From positions 8,018 through 72,017 of the forward strand of contig CANKCB010000005.1 of NCBI GenBank assembly GCA_947480335.1: 64,000 bases of DNA, given 5' to 3'. Origin of the DNA: Gammaproteobacteria bacterium. GTDB taxonomy: Bacteria; Pseudomonadota; Gammaproteobacteria; Eutrophobiales; Eutrophobiaceae. Positions 1-13,198 of the stretch are shown piece after piece; the stretch's first letter is position 1; each line of letters begins with the position of its first letter. The translations under genes were made by a program, and so were the position numbers. The notes beneath the pieces were generated by a model. That model was not told the DNA's origin and ran no database searches. It saw only the letters and a program-made list of their open reading frames with translations.

Positions 1-656
1 GAATAGTTGGTCTGGCCAAACTGGCCTTTCTGACCATTTACCGATGAGATATTGATAATGCGACCATATTTGTTTTTGAGCATGCCGTTGATGAAGTTGC
101 GGGTGACATTAAACACACTGTCCAGGTTGGTCTTGATCACGGCGTGCCAGTTGTCTGGTTCCATTTTACGTAGCATAGAATCTCGCGTAATTCCGGCCGC
201 ATTGACCAACACCTCAATCTGCCCATATTGATTTTCAATCTGGGTTGCAAACTTCTTGCAGGATTCAAAATCAGACACATCACATTCATAGATGTCCACT
301 TCAAAACCTTCGCTTTCAAATTGTTGTTTCCACGCCAGCGCCTTTTCCTTTTCTACGCCTATATAAGTGGCAATAACCAGATTGCCATCGGAAGCCAGCC
401 GCTTGCAGATTTCCGTGCCAATACCGCCAATACCGCCGGTCACAATCGCAGTACCGATTTTGATGCGCTTTCCAGACTTCAGGTCAGACTTCTGAGAATC
501 TTTTGATTTAGAAGAGGCGTGACCGCCATTTTTAATTATGTCGTTTACCATATCAAAGGTGTTATTGGCCGTACGAATAGCGGTATCGATGGATGAATAC
601 CATTGATTCAACATTTGCAGTTGCAGGGATGTGACATTGCTCAATATCGGGGCCAT
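1..656 (-). CDS. phaB: Acetoacetyl-CoA reductase (PhaB) with ~65-aa N-terminal extension; 3' end runs off the window
   Basis: Not in the ORF track. Manual translation from ATG at 656 (AAGGA RBS upstream) is open to position 1: MAPILSNVTSLQLQMLNQWY...IGTAIVTGGIGGIGTEICKRL...VNAAGITRDS...IINISSVNGQKGQFGQTNYS, which contains the classic PhaB motifs. Confidence 0.9.
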   Translation of the reverse strand, partial: MAPILSNVTSLQLQMLNQWYSSIDTAIRTANNTFDMVNDIIKNGGHASSKSKDSQKSDLKSGKRIKIGTAIVTGGIGGIGTEICKRLASDGNLVIATYIGVEKEKALAWKQQFESEGFEVDIYECDVSDFESCKKFATQIENQYGQIEVLVNAAGITRDSMLRKMEPDNWHAVIKTNLDSVFNVTRNFINGMLKNKYGRIINISSVNGQKGQFGQTNY

Positions 657-719
657 GAGTAAATTCCTTTGTAGTTATTGTTCTATATAAGTTGTAACCA
701 ATTTGCAATTATTGCTGCC

Positions 720-1184
720 TTAGTTATCTTCCTTCTTTTTATCAGGGGTCATTCCGGACGCCTTGAAAAAATTACCCTGAAGCTGTTGCCACATCTCGAT
801 ATTCTTTTTGGTCATGTTTTGCAGGGCTTCAAGCGGATTGGTTGAGATGGTCTGGTTCAGACGTTCCTGGAATTCACGTTGTTGGGCAGTGAATATATCC
901 AGGCTTTTTTCCAGATAGCTTGAGAACACATTCTGGTAGGCATTGCCGTAAAAGCGGATTAACTGGGTAAGCGATTCAGTTGATAGCAGTGGTTCGCCAT
1001 TGTGTTCCTGTTCAGAGATAATTTGTAACAGGATACTGCGGGTCAGATCTTCTTCGGTCTTGACGTCCTTGACACAGAACGCTACACCTTCAAGCACCAG
1101 CTTTTGTACATCCTCCAGCGTTATGTATTTGCTGATTTCAGTATCATACAACCGTCGATTCGGGTATTTTTTGATGATTCGCAT
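720..1184 (-). CDS. phaR: Polyhydroxyalkanoate synthesis repressor PhaR
   Basis: N-terminal RIIKKYPNRRLYDTEISKYITLEDV...EDLTRSILLQII signature; located in the pha cluster. Confidence 0.95.
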   Translation of the reverse strand: MRIIKKYPNRRLYDTEISKYITLEDVQKLVLEGVAFCVKDVKTEEDLTRSILLQIISEQEHNGEPLLSTESLTQLIRFYGNAYQNVFSSYLEKSLDIFTAQQREFQERLNQTISTNPLEALQNMTKKNIEMWQQLQGNFFKASGMTPDKKKEDN

Positions 1185-1226
1185 ATCTAGTTCCTTAGTA
1201 GTCTTCAGGGATCACAGATTCAAAAC

Positions 1227-1949
1227 TTAATGCATGTACTGCCCACCATTAATCGCAATGTCGGTACCATTAATATAGGCCGCCTTTTCCGAACAGAGAA
1301 AATCGACCAGGCTGGCAATCTCATCTGCCTTGCCTGCGCGCGCAGCCGGTATTGTTGCCGGTACTTCCTGTTCTACCAACGGGAAATAGCCGGGTGAGAT
1401 GGTATTCACTGTAACGCCTTTGCGGGCCAGTTCCTGTGCCAGTGCCATGGTAAAACCATGTAATCCGGCTTTCGCGGCCGCATGATGGGTATGTCCGGCC
1501 TGTCCCATGCGACTGATGATAGATGAAATATTAATGATTCTGCCAAAGCCACGGTTACTCATTTTTTCAGCAAGGTTGCGGCAGACATTGAATATGGTAT
1601 CGATATGGGTAGAGAGGGAATCATCCCACTGGCTCTTATCCATCAGGTGGAAAGGTTGGGGTTCACCGACCAGTTCCGGGCTGTTGACGATTATATCGAT
1701 CTGTCCGACTGTTTCTTCTATGGTAGCCACCAGCTTGATACAGGAATCGAAATCGGTAATGTCTGCCTTGAACGCGGTCACTTCCACTCCGGATTGTTTC
1801 AGGTCATTTTGCCATTGTTCGATATTGTCAGTCTGGTAATCCGTGACGACTTTCGCGCCGGAGCTGGAAAGTTGTTTGCAGATGGCTGTGCCGACAGGTC
1901 CTGTGCCACCTAATACCAGTGCTACCTTGTTCTGCAGATTAATATTCAT
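1227..1949 (-). CDS. PhaB/FabG-like SDR with degenerate catalytic residues
   Basis: SDR fold motifs GGTGPVG, GRIINISS, GVTVNTISPGY and INGGQYM. YxxxK reads HxxxK and NNAG reads NSPE. ATG at 1949 has GGAGAG RBS and is coupled to phaA. Confidence 0.85.
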   Translation of the reverse strand: MNINLQNKVALVLGGTGPVGTAICKQLSSSGAKVVTDYQTDNIEQWQNDLKQSGVEVTAFKADITDFDSCIKLVATIEETVGQIDIIVNSPELVGEPQPFHLMDKSQWDDSLSTHIDTIFNVCRNLAEKMSNRGFGRIINISSIISRMGQAGHTHHAAAKAGLHGFTMALAQELARKGVTVNTISPGYFPLVEQEVPATIPAARAGKADEIASLVDFLCSEKAAYINGTDIAINGGQYMH

Positions 1950-1950
1950 A

Positions 1951-3129
1951 TTATCTCTCCACCGCCAGTGCCACACCCTGACCTCCACCTATACACAAGG
2001 TGGCCAGTCCTTTATGCGCACTTCGGCGTTTCATTTCAAATAATAGCGATACGAGTATTCGACAGCCGGATGCGCCAATCGGGTGTCCCAGTGAAATGGC
2101 GCCGCCATTCACATTGACCTTGTCCGTGTCCCAGCCGAGTTCCCGATTTACCGAAATGGCCTGTGCGGCAAAGGCTTCATTCGCTTCGATCAAATCCAGA
2201 TCCTGCACTGACCAGCCCGCCTTTTGCAGACAGTTGCGGGTGGCGGGTATTGGTCCCGTACCCATGATCTCTGGATTCACACCGGCACTGGCATAAGCCT
2301 TGATACTGGCAAGTGGTTCCAGGCCGAGCTTTTTGGCCATGGTTTCCGACATTAGCATGACAGCGGCTGCACCATCGTTAATCCCCGAGGCATTACCGGC
2401 GGTAACGGTACCGGCTTTATCAAAGGCCGGATTCAGTTTGGCCAGTGCTTCTGCGGTTACACCTGCACGCGGAAATTCATCCTTATCAAACTTGATCGGA
2501 TCTCCCTTGCGTTGTGGAATAAATACCGGAACGATTTCCTCGTTGAACACGCCCTTGCCTTGAGCCGCTTCAGTTTTTTGTTGGGAGCGGGCGGCAAATT
2601 CGTCCTGTTCCTTGCGACTGATATTGAATTTTTTAGCAACGTTTTCTGCTGTGATGCCCATATGGTAATCATTGAAAGCATCCCATAAGCCATCGACGAT
2701 CATCGAATCGACGAGTTTCCAGTCTCCCATACGGGTACCGTTGCGCGATTGCGGCAGTACATGCGGTGCCTGATTCATGTTTTCCTGACCACCGGCAATT
2801 ATGATGTCGGCATCACCGCAGCGGATGGCCTGACTGGCAAGATGAATGGCTTTCAATCCACTGCCACATACTTTATTGATAGTCATGCAGGGAATAGTGT
2901 CAGGCAGGCCGGCAAAAATGGCAGATTGACGGGCAGGGTTCTGACCACTACCGGCTGTTAGTACCTGACCCAGTATGACTTCATCAATGGTACTGGCATC
3001 AATACCGGTTTTTTCCAGCAGGGCTTTGATTACGGTAGCGCCCAGACGTGGAGCGCTGACAGAAGCAAGTGAACCTCCAAAGCTACCTATGGCTGTTCGA
3101 GCGGCGGCAACAATAACGACCTTATCCAT
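1951..3129 (-). CDS. phaA: Acetyl-CoA C-acetyltransferase (beta-ketothiolase)
   Basis: Motifs [22 protein letters not shown] and LCIGGGQG. Start placed at MDKVV (3129) after GAGGA. Confidence 0.95.
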   Translation of the reverse strand: MDKVVIVAAARTAIGSFGGSLASVSAPRLGATVIKALLEKTGIDASTIDEVILGQVLTAGSGQNPARQSAIFAGLPDTIPCMTINKVCGSGLKAIHLASQAIRCGDADIIIAGGQENMNQAPHVLPQSRNGTRMGDWKLVDSMIVDGLWDAFNDYHMGITAENVAKKFNISRKEQDEFAARSQQKTEAAQGKGVFNEEIVPVFIPQRKGDPIKFDKDEFPRAGVTAEALAKLNPAFDKAGTVTAGNASGINDGAAAVMLMSETMAKKLGLEPLASIKAYASAGVNPEIMGTGPIPATRNCLQKAGWSVQDLDLIEANEAFAAQAISVNRELGWDTDKVNVNGGAISLGHPIGASGCRILVSLLFEMKRRSAHKGLATLCIGGGQGVALAVER

Positions 3130-3201
3130 TTTTTTATATCCTCTGATAAAAGTCATGAGATGCAAATAGAAAACCGAATGGATTTATGCAATATCAACAA
3201 C

Positions 3202-3235
3202 GTTGCAGTGCATCATATATGCTGCATAGTAACAA
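3202..3235. promoter_or_regulatory. Putative PhaR operator upstream of phaA
   Basis: GTTGCAGTGCATCATATATGCTGCATAGTAACAA has repeated TGCA/TGC elements like described PhaR sites, about 75-105 bp upstream of the phaA start. Confidence 0.5.
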
Positions 3236-3363
3236 AATGATTAAGCGCTTGCCAGCAAAAGCAATGAAGACAAGATAGCCAGAATTAGTGGCGTAGAATT
3301 ATGAATTTAAAGGATTATTATCGAAAGGAAATAAAAGGCTGGTACTAAAGTACCAGCCAGAGT

Positions 3364-6074
<2,711 letters not shown>

Positions 6075-6107
6075 AAACTTCTCCTCATAATCAGACCTGC
6101 GGTTTAA

Positions 6108-8972
6108 TTAACTAAGTGCTCTTTTATGTGTGGTTACCTCGAGCTTGTCCAGCTGCAAGGCATCTTCTATCAGTCGTTTTTGCTGGGCAAGATGTAGTTT
6201 CATCGAGCCTGTAGCCGGTGATGCTGAGTAGAAGCGTCCAGCATAACCAAAATTGTGTTTCTCACTCAGACAGCCAATCATCGTTCCGCGCGATTGCATA
6301 TAATACCAGCTACCCTGGTTTTTGGGTTCTTCCTGAACCCAAACAACTTCCTGAAGATTTGGATAGCTGTCTATCATCGCCTTGACTTCAGGTGAAGGGA
6401 ACGGGAACAACTGTTCAATTCTGGCAATGGCGATGTTGTTCAGTTTATGTTCGCGTCTGGCCTCCACTAATTCAAAGTAAACCTTGCCAGAGCAGAACAG
6501 CAGGCGTTTAACGGCAGATTTATCAATATTGTCTACCTCGTCTATGACCAGACGGAATTCACTATTGGTCAGTTCATCGACCGGTGAGGCCGACAACTTA
6601 TGTCGTAACAGACTCTTTGGACTCATCACAATCAGCGGCTTGCGATACGGACGCAATACCTGTCGGCACAGCATGTGGAACATTTGTGCCGGTGTGCTCG
6701 GTACACAAACCTGCATGTTTTCCCTGGCACATAGTTGCAGGAACCTTTCCAGTCTGGCCGAGGAATGTTCAGGACCGGCGCCGTCATAACCGTGCGGCAG
6801 TAATACCGCGAGACCACAATAACGTCCCCACTTGGATTCGCACGAGCTGATGAACTGGTCAAATACCACCTGGGCACCATTGGCAAAATCACCAAATTGG
6901 GCTTCCCAGATTACCAGTGCTTTCGGTTCGGAACTGCTGTAACCATATTCAAAACCGAGCACGGCTTCTTCTGACAGTATCGAATTTATCACCAGGAAAT
7001 TGGCCTGGTCCTTGCTGATATGTTGCAGCGGCAGATAGGTGTCACCATCATCCTGATTATGGATGACCGAATGGCGATGGAAAAATGTACCACGTGCACT
7101 GTCCTGTCCTGAAATTCTGACCGGATAGCCAGCATCAACCAGCGTTGCATAGGCCATGTTTTCAGCATAACCCCAGTCCATGGCTGTCTCACCCTTACCC
7201 ATCTGGATTCTGCCATCAATTATTTTCTGCACCGTCGGATGCAGTTTGTAGTGTTTCGGTATGGTGGTCAGATTACGAGTATAGCGTTCAACCTTTTCCT
7301 TGCTGATGCGGGTATCTGCTTTTTGTCTCCACGGCGTGTCCTTGTAGGGGCCAAAATTGATCAGATGGGTCATGTTGACATTGGTCGCCCTGGGACCGGC
7401 AACCGATTCATTTGAATCCAGTGACTGAATATATGCGCCGGCCATTTCCGACAAGGTATCCGGGTTGATGACTCCCTGGTTGACCAGTTTCGACGCATAG
7501 GTTTTTTTTGCCTCAACATGTGTACGAATCTGTTTGTACATTAACGGCTGAGTCGCGGCCGGCTCGTCTGTTTCACTATGTCCTTGCTTGCGATAACAAA
7601 CCATGTCAATGACCACATCTTTCTTGAATTCCATGCGGTAGTCCAGCGCCAGCTTGGCGATGAATACCACTGACTCCGGGTCGTCTCCGTTGACATGGAA
7701 TATTGGGGCCTGAACCATTTTAGCCACATCGGTGCAATACAGGGTTGAACGTGAGTCCAGTGGGTCACTGGTAGTGAAGCCAATCTGGTTGTTAATAACG
7801 ATGTGCACTGTGCCACCCGTGGAATAACCGCGGGTCTGTGATAATTGCAGGGTTTCCATGACCACACCCTGTCCGGCAAATGAGGCATCACCATGAATGA
7901 CAATCGGTAATACCTGATCCCTGTATTTATCGTTGCGTCTGTCCTGTCTGGCACGTACCGATCCTTCCACGACAGGATTAATGATTTCCAGATGCGAGGG
8001 ATTGAACGCCAGTGTCATGTGTACGGGGCCGGAATCTGTCTGGATGTCTGAAGAGTAACCCAGATGATATTTGACGTCTCCGGACTGGATATCGTCAATG
8101 TCCTTGATAACGTTGTAGGCCTTGCCTTCAAATTCGCCAAACAGTTCAGCTGGCATTTTGCCGATGATATTAATCAGTACATTCAGTCGGCCACGATGGG
8201 CCATGCCGATCACAATTTCAGCAATTGAAGCCTTGCCACTTTCCTGTACCAGTTCATCGAGTAGTGGAATCAGGCCTTCACCCCCTTCGAGCGAGAACCG
8301 TTTCTGTCCGGCGTATTTGGTGTGCAGGTATTCTTCCAGTTCCTGCGCGGCAATCAGTCTGTTTAATATTCGATGTTTCTTGCTGGCAGAAAAATCCGGT
8401 GTGGCCAGTGGCTCTTCCAGACGTTGTTGTATCCAGCGCTTCTGTTCGGTCTCATTGATGTGCATATATTCTGCACCAATATTACCGCAATAAGTTGTAT
8501 GTACCCGTCGCAGTATTTCACGCAAGTTGATACCCGCCGGTGCTACCAGAGAGCCGGTATTAAATACCGTGTCCATGTCCGCTTCAGTCAGGTGATGGAA
8601 GGAAGGATCCAGTTCCGCTACTGGGGGTCGATCATTCTGGTTAAGTGGATCCAGATTCGCCTGTTGGTGTCCGCGAAAGCGATAGGCATTGATTAATTGT
8701 AGTACGGACACCTGTTTTTGATGATCTTCTGCCGAGCTGGCAGCAGATGCGCCCACCGTTTTTCTGTGCTGACCGTTACCCAGGGCCAGAAATGTATTGC
8801 GTACAGGAGTGTGTGCACGATCAGCCCCTGATCCCGATCCAGCTTGCAGGGATTTAAAATAATCACGCCATTCAGCTGAGACTGAAGCGGAGTCGCTCAA
8901 ATAACTTTCGTATAGGTCTTCAATAAAATCGGCATTGCCGCTATACAACCAGGATGGTGTGGTGTTGCTCAT
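6108..8972 (-). CDS. sucA: 2-oxoglutarate dehydrogenase E1
   Basis: KRFSLEG, GMAHRGRLN, GDVKYH, HGDASFAGQG and WEAQFGDFANGAQ motifs. Confidence 0.97.
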   Translation of the reverse strand: MSNTTPSWLYSGNADFIEDLYESYLSDSASVSAEWRDYFKSLQAGSGSGADRAHTPVRNTFLALGNGQHRKTVGASAASSAEDHQKQVSVLQLINAYRFRGHQQANLDPLNQNDRPPVAELDPSFHHLTEADMDTVFNTGSLVAPAGINLREILRRVHTTYCGNIGAEYMHINETEQKRWIQQRLEEPLATPDFSASKKHRILNRLIAAQELEEYLHTKYAGQKRFSLEGGEGLIPLLDELVQESGKASIAEIVIGMAHRGRLNVLINIIGKMPAELFGEFEGKAYNVIKDIDDIQSGDVKYHLGYSSDIQTDSGPVHMTLAFNPSHLEIINPVVEGSVRARQDRRNDKYRDQVLPIVIHGDASFAGQGVVMETLQLSQTRGYSTGGTVHIVINNQIGFTTSDPLDSRSTLYCTDVAKMVQAPIFHVNGDDPESVVFIAKLALDYRMEFKKDVVIDMVCYRKQGHSETDEPAATQPLMYKQIRTHVEAKKTYASKLVNQGVINPDTLSEMAGAYIQSLDSNESVAGPRATNVNMTHLINFGPYKDTPWRQKADTRISKEKVERYTRNLTTIPKHYKLHPTVQKIIDGRIQMGKGETAMDWGYAENMAYATLVDAGYPVRISGQDSARGTFFHRHSVIHNQDDGDTYLPLQHISKDQANFLVINSILSEEAVLGFEYGYSSSEPKALVIWEAQFGDFANGAQVVFDQFISSCESKWGRYCGLAVLLPHGYDGAGPEHSSARLERFLQLCARENMQVCVPSTPAQMFHMLCRQVLRPYRKPLIVMSPKSLLRHKLSASPVDELTNSEFRLVIDEVDNIDKSAVKRLLFCSGKVYFELVEARREHKLNNIAIARIEQLFPFPSPEVKAMIDSYPNLQEVVWVQEEPKNQGSWYYMQSRGTMIGCLSEKHNFGYAGRFYSASPATGSMKLHLAQQKRLIEDALQLDKLEVTTHKRALS

Positions 8973-8987
8973 ATGTATTTTTACCTT

Positions 8988-9011
8988 AAAAAAAAGCGGG
9001 TATCTCCCGCT
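8988..9011 (-). terminator. Intrinsic terminator-like hairpin directly upstream of the sucA start
   Basis: Minus strand AGCGGG-AGATA-CCCGCT running into a run of 8 T, ending about 15 nt before the sucA ATG. Confidence 0.55.
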
Positions 9012-9494
9012 GCTAAAAGTTAGTGTAATTTTCCCTGTTTAATGATATTTCTCAAGAGGTAATTGCCGTTATTTTAAGTACTTATACATCAGATGCCTAC
9101 CCGATCAGGCAATCATCCGAGAATTACAGCCGATCCTACCGGATTACTGCCTAAATGTCTTGGTTTAACGGGTATTTATGCGTTTTTCCCCGGTGATTTT
9201 CCGCTAGTGATACCAGACTGTCGCCGGATTCTGTGCTTGCTGTCCCGTTTTGTCACTGTTTACCGTATGATGCGCAGCCTGTATTGGCCGCTGCTTGCTT
9301 ATGGTCGCTACTTGCTATTATATAGCGGAAGATCTTTCCGGATAGTAGGTCTGACTTCGGGGAACCAGAAAAATTATGCATTCAATGGCCGGCCAGTGAA
9401 ATATTCGGCATGGCGGATTGTTTTTTGAGTAAAATTCAAACCAGGTAAAACCTCAATAGCAGAAAACAAACTACATTCAGGAGAAATACGCTGT

Positions 9495-10472
9495 ATGAAA
9501 TCACCAGTAAGAATCGCAGTCACCGGCGCCGCAGGGCAGATTGGTTATGCCTTGTTATTCAGACTTGCCGCGGGTGAAATGCTTGGTAAGGATCAACCGG
9601 TCATACTTCAGTTACTTGAGGTCAATGCGGCCTTGAAAGCACTCGAAGGTGTGGTCATGGAATTGCAGGACTGTGCATTTTCAACCTTGGCCGGCGTTGA
9701 AACGACGGATAATCCCGATGTTGCATTCAAGGATGCCGACTATGCCTATCTGGTCGGAGCCAGACCCCGCGGTCCGGGCATGGAACGCAAGGACTTGCTG
9801 GAGGCTAATGCTGCCATTTTTGGCGTACAAGGCAAGGCGCTGAACAAGAGTGCCAGCCGTAATGTGCGGGTACTGGTCGTGGGTAACCCCGCCAATACCA
9901 ATGCATTGATTACGCTGAGTCATACTCCGGATCTGAACCCACGTAATATTACGGCGATGATGCGTCTGGATCATAACCGCGCTGTTGCCCAGCTGGCGGC
10001 CAAAACCGGTAAAACCGTGGATGATGTACGCAAACTGGTTGTTTGGGGAAATCATTCGACAACACAGTATCCGGATATTCATCATACGACAGTCGCCGGA
10101 AAAGCAGCTATGTCACTGGTGGATCAGGCCTGGTATGAAACAGCCTATATTCCGCGTGTTGCCAAGCGTGGCGCAGAAATTATCAATGCCAGAGGCGCAT
10201 CCAGCGCGGCTTCAGCCGCTAATGCTGCGATCGAGCATATGCGTGACTGGGTCAAAGGTACCGGTGACAACTGGGTCAGTATGGGAATCCAGAGTGATGG
10301 ATCGTATGGAATTCCAAAAGGTCTGGTGTATTCGTTCCCGGTCACCTGTGCAGGCAGTGAATACAAGATTGTGCAGGGTTTGGAAATCAATGCTTTCAGC
10401 CGTTCCAGAATGGATGCGACACAAAAGGAACTGGAAGAAGAACGTGATGCTATCAAGAGCTTGCTAGGCTAA
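9495..10472 (+). CDS. mdh: Malate dehydrogenase (MDH type 2, Thermus/cytosolic-like)
   Basis: [30 protein letters not shown] and WGNHS motifs. Confidence 0.97.
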   Translation: MKSPVRIAVTGAAGQIGYALLFRLAAGEMLGKDQPVILQLLEVNAALKALEGVVMELQDCAFSTLAGVETTDNPDVAFKDADYAYLVGARPRGPGMERKDLLEANAAIFGVQGKALNKSASRNVRVLVVGNPANTNALITLSHTPDLNPRNITAMMRLDHNRAVAQLAAKTGKTVDDVRKLVVWGNHSTTQYPDIHHTTVAGKAAMSLVDQAWYETAYIPRVAKRGAEIINARGASSAASAANAAIEHMRDWVKGTGDNWVSMGIQSDGSYGIPKGLVYSFPVTCAGSEYKIVQGLEINAFSRSRMDATQKELEEERDAIKSLLG

Positions 10473-10491
10473 TGCAGGTTAAACCGGACAA

Positions 10492-11010
10492 TTGTTACTG
10501 AGACAAACCGTGCTGGAACAGACTGACTTTTCCAATTCGAGTATTGATGCCGAGGGCTTCCGCGCCAACGTCGGTATTGTACTGGCGAATGGTGCCGGTC
10601 AGCTGTTCTGGGCGAAACGGATAGGAATGGATGCCTGGCAATTCCCTCAGGGTGGTATTCGTCCACGCGAACCATTGGAAAAGGCAATGTACCGTGAATT
10701 ACGCGAGGAAGTCGGTCTGTTACCTGAACATGTACAAATTATCGGTTGTACACGGGACTGGTTGCGTTACGAGTTACCGGAGCGGTTTATCCGTAAAAAA
10801 TCCAGACCCGTTTGTCGTGGTCAGAAACAACGCTGGTATCTGTTACGGTTACTCGGGGATGAGAAAGCCGTCAGACTGGATGTCAGCTCGACTCCGGAAT
10901 TTGACAGTTGGCGCTGGATTGATTTCTGGGAACCGGTGAACGAGGTAATCGAGTTTAAACGGGATGTTTACTCATCAGTGTTGTCTGAACTTGAGCAGTT
11001 ATTAAAATAA
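10492..11010 (+). CDS. rppH: RNA pyrophosphohydrolase
   Basis: [19 protein letters not shown], Nudix RELREEVG and GQKQRW. The exact start is uncertain. Confidence 0.93.
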   Translation: MLLRQTVLEQTDFSNSSIDAEGFRANVGIVLANGAGQLFWAKRIGMDAWQFPQGGIRPREPLEKAMYRELREEVGLLPEHVQIIGCTRDWLRYELPERFIRKKSRPVCRGQKQRWYLLRLLGDEKAVRLDVSSTPEFDSWRWIDFWEPVNEVIEFKRDVYSSVLSELEQLLK

Positions 11011-11261
11011 TACGGCCGGATCGGGTCAATCAGACCCGGTTCGGCTACATTTATAGTTGTTACCCCTCCAGCAAGCTACGTAACATCCAGGCATTTTTTC
11101 CATGAATCTGCATGTGTTGTGTCAATATGTCAGCCAGTCATCTTTATTTATTAATTCAATTTAAAAAAACCAATCGTCATGGGTAGAGCAGGGATGAGTG
11201 TCAATCATCAACGGGAAAAAATACCGGTCAGTCTGGCTGTGTCCGGTTTATAATTTTATAC

Positions 11262-11795
11262 ATGACTAGCGCACTGAAAGTTTTATTCAAGGAATTTTTC
11301 CAGATGTGTCTGTTGCAGAAGCGACCACAGGATCTGCCGGCATCGACCCCGTTGTTCTCGCTGACTTTGCTGGCTTATGCACTAATCAGTTCCGTGCTGG
11401 CCTTTCCGACCCAGCGAGGTATCGCAGCACTGATGTCCGGGATACTTGAGACGCTGCTGTTACTGGGTATAACCTGGATTTTTCTCTATTTGCGCAGCGT
11501 ACCGGAGCGGTTATTGCAAACCTGTACAGCATTGGCCGGGACCGGCTTTATGTTTAGCCTGTTTGCCCTGCCGATGTTCTACTGGGGACTGTTCCTGCCT
11601 GACGGGCCGGACACACAGGCCACCATCAGTCTGTTGGTACTGATACTGGTGATCTGGAACATTTCGGTAATGACCCACATACTTCGTAATGCCCTTTCGT
11701 CCTCCTATTTACTCGGGGTGACTGGATCGGTGGCCTATATCGCACTGATTACCTTTGTGTTACAAACAGTCTTTCCGGTAGAAGGTGGAATGTGA
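11262..11795 (+). CDS. Hypothetical integral membrane protein
   Basis: About 5 hydrophobic segments and a PQDLP motif; its stop overlaps the mpl start. Confidence 0.75.
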   Translation: MTSALKVLFKEFFQMCLLQKRPQDLPASTPLFSLTLLAYALISSVLAFPTQRGIAALMSGILETLLLLGITWIFLYLRSVPERLLQTCTALAGTGFMFSLFALPMFYWGLFLPDGPDTQATISLLVLILVIWNISVMTHILRNALSSSYLLGVTGSVAYIALITFVLQTVFPVEGGM

Positions 11796-13153
11796 AAATT
11801 CACATACTGGGTATTTGTGGCACTTTTATGGGTGGAATCGCGTTGCTGGCACGCGAGCTGGGACATGAAGTTTCCGGTTCCGATGCAAATGTTTACCCTC
11901 CAATGAGTACACAGTTGCAACAGTCCGGTATCCAGTTGCATGAAGGTTACTCTGACTTACCACTGCAGAATCAGCCTGATTTGGTCATTATCGGTAACGC
12001 TCTGTCCCGAGGTAACCCGGCCGTTGAGTATGTTTTGAATTCCGGCCTCAGGTATATCTCAGGACCACAATGGTTACTCGAATTTGTACTCGCGGGCAGA
12101 CATGTTTTTGCAGTGTCCGGTACTCATGGTAAAACCACGACTACAGCGATGCTGGCCTGGGTGCTGGATTACGCAGGCAAACAGCCGGGCTTTCTGATTG
12201 GCGGTGTAGCCGAAAATTTCGGTATTTCATCAAGATTGGGAGGCAATACCTGTTTTGTCGTCGAAGCGGATGAGTACGATACGGCATTTTTTGACAAGCG
12301 CTCCAAATTCATCCATTACCGACCTAATACGTTGATTATCAATAATATCGAGTTCGATCATGCGGATATATTCGGCAATATTGACGATATAATACGAGAA
12401 TTTCGTCGATTGATACGAGTAGTCCCTTCATCGGGGCAAATTATCTATAAACAGGGTGACGCGAATATCGCCACTGTGCTGGAATCAGCAAACTGGACCC
12501 CCGCCGTCAGTTTTGGTTCGGCCACAGCCAACTGGCACATGCGGACGAACAAGTCTGATTTTTCTGAATTTGAAGTGCTCTATCAAGGTAGCGTAGTCAG
12601 TACTGTAAAGTGGAAGCTGATTGGACAACATAACGCTGAAAATGCGCTGGCCGTTTTTGCAGCAGCATCCCAGATTGGTGTTGATCCTGTCAGGACGGCG
12701 AGCGCCTTGGCGCAGTTTAAAAGTGTGAAGCGGCGATTGGAGTTGCTTGCTAATGTCGGTGGTATCAGTGTGTATGATGATTTTGCCCATCATCCAACGG
12801 CCATACGGGTAACCTTGAGTGCTTTGCGGGCCAGTGTGGGTAAACAGCGGATTTTTGCTGTATTTGAACCACGGTCGAGCACGATGAAAATGGGCACACA
12901 TAAGGACACACTGGCGGACAGTTTGATAGAGGCAGACGTTGTAGTGGCCTTACAACCTGCTGGTATACACTGGGATTTACAACAGGCATTAAGAGCGCTG
13001 AAGCCAAAATATCGAATCTTTGCGGATGTTGACGGGATTATTGAGTATCTGTTGGCTGAATTACGTGCGGGTGATCAAGTGTTGATTATGAGCAACGGTG
13101 GATTTGGTGCGATTCATACCCGTTTGATTCAGCAGCTGGAAGCGAGACGTTAG
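11792..13153 (+). CDS. mpl: UDP-MurNAc:L-Ala-gamma-D-Glu-mDAP ligase (murein peptide ligase)
   Basis: IHILGICGTFMGG, GTHGKTTT, EADEYDTAFFDKRSKF and DDFAHHP motifs. Confidence 0.96.
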   Translation: MKIHILGICGTFMGGIALLARELGHEVSGSDANVYPPMSTQLQQSGIQLHEGYSDLPLQNQPDLVIIGNALSRGNPAVEYVLNSGLRYISGPQWLLEFVLAGRHVFAVSGTHGKTTTTAMLAWVLDYAGKQPGFLIGGVAENFGISSRLGGNTCFVVEADEYDTAFFDKRSKFIHYRPNTLIINNIEFDHADIFGNIDDIIREFRRLIRVVPSSGQIIYKQGDANIATVLESANWTPAVSFGSATANWHMRTNKSDFSEFEVLYQGSVVSTVKWKLIGQHNAENALAVFAAASQIGVDPVRTASALAQFKSVKRRLELLANVGGISVYDDFAHHPTAIRVTLSALRASVGKQRIFAVFEPRSSTMKMGTHKDTLADSLIEADVVVALQPAGIHWDLQQALRALKPKYRIFADVDGIIEYLLAELRAGDQVLIMSNGGFGAIHTRLIQQLEARR

Positions 13154-13198
13154 GCCCATGCTTACTGCTCATCTCTATGTTGCCGGCAAGCCAAGTCC

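Noticed and set aside
9093..9428. 111-aa ORF between sucA and mdh
   Set aside because: No recognisable motif or RBS and atypical composition; more likely a divergent promoter region.
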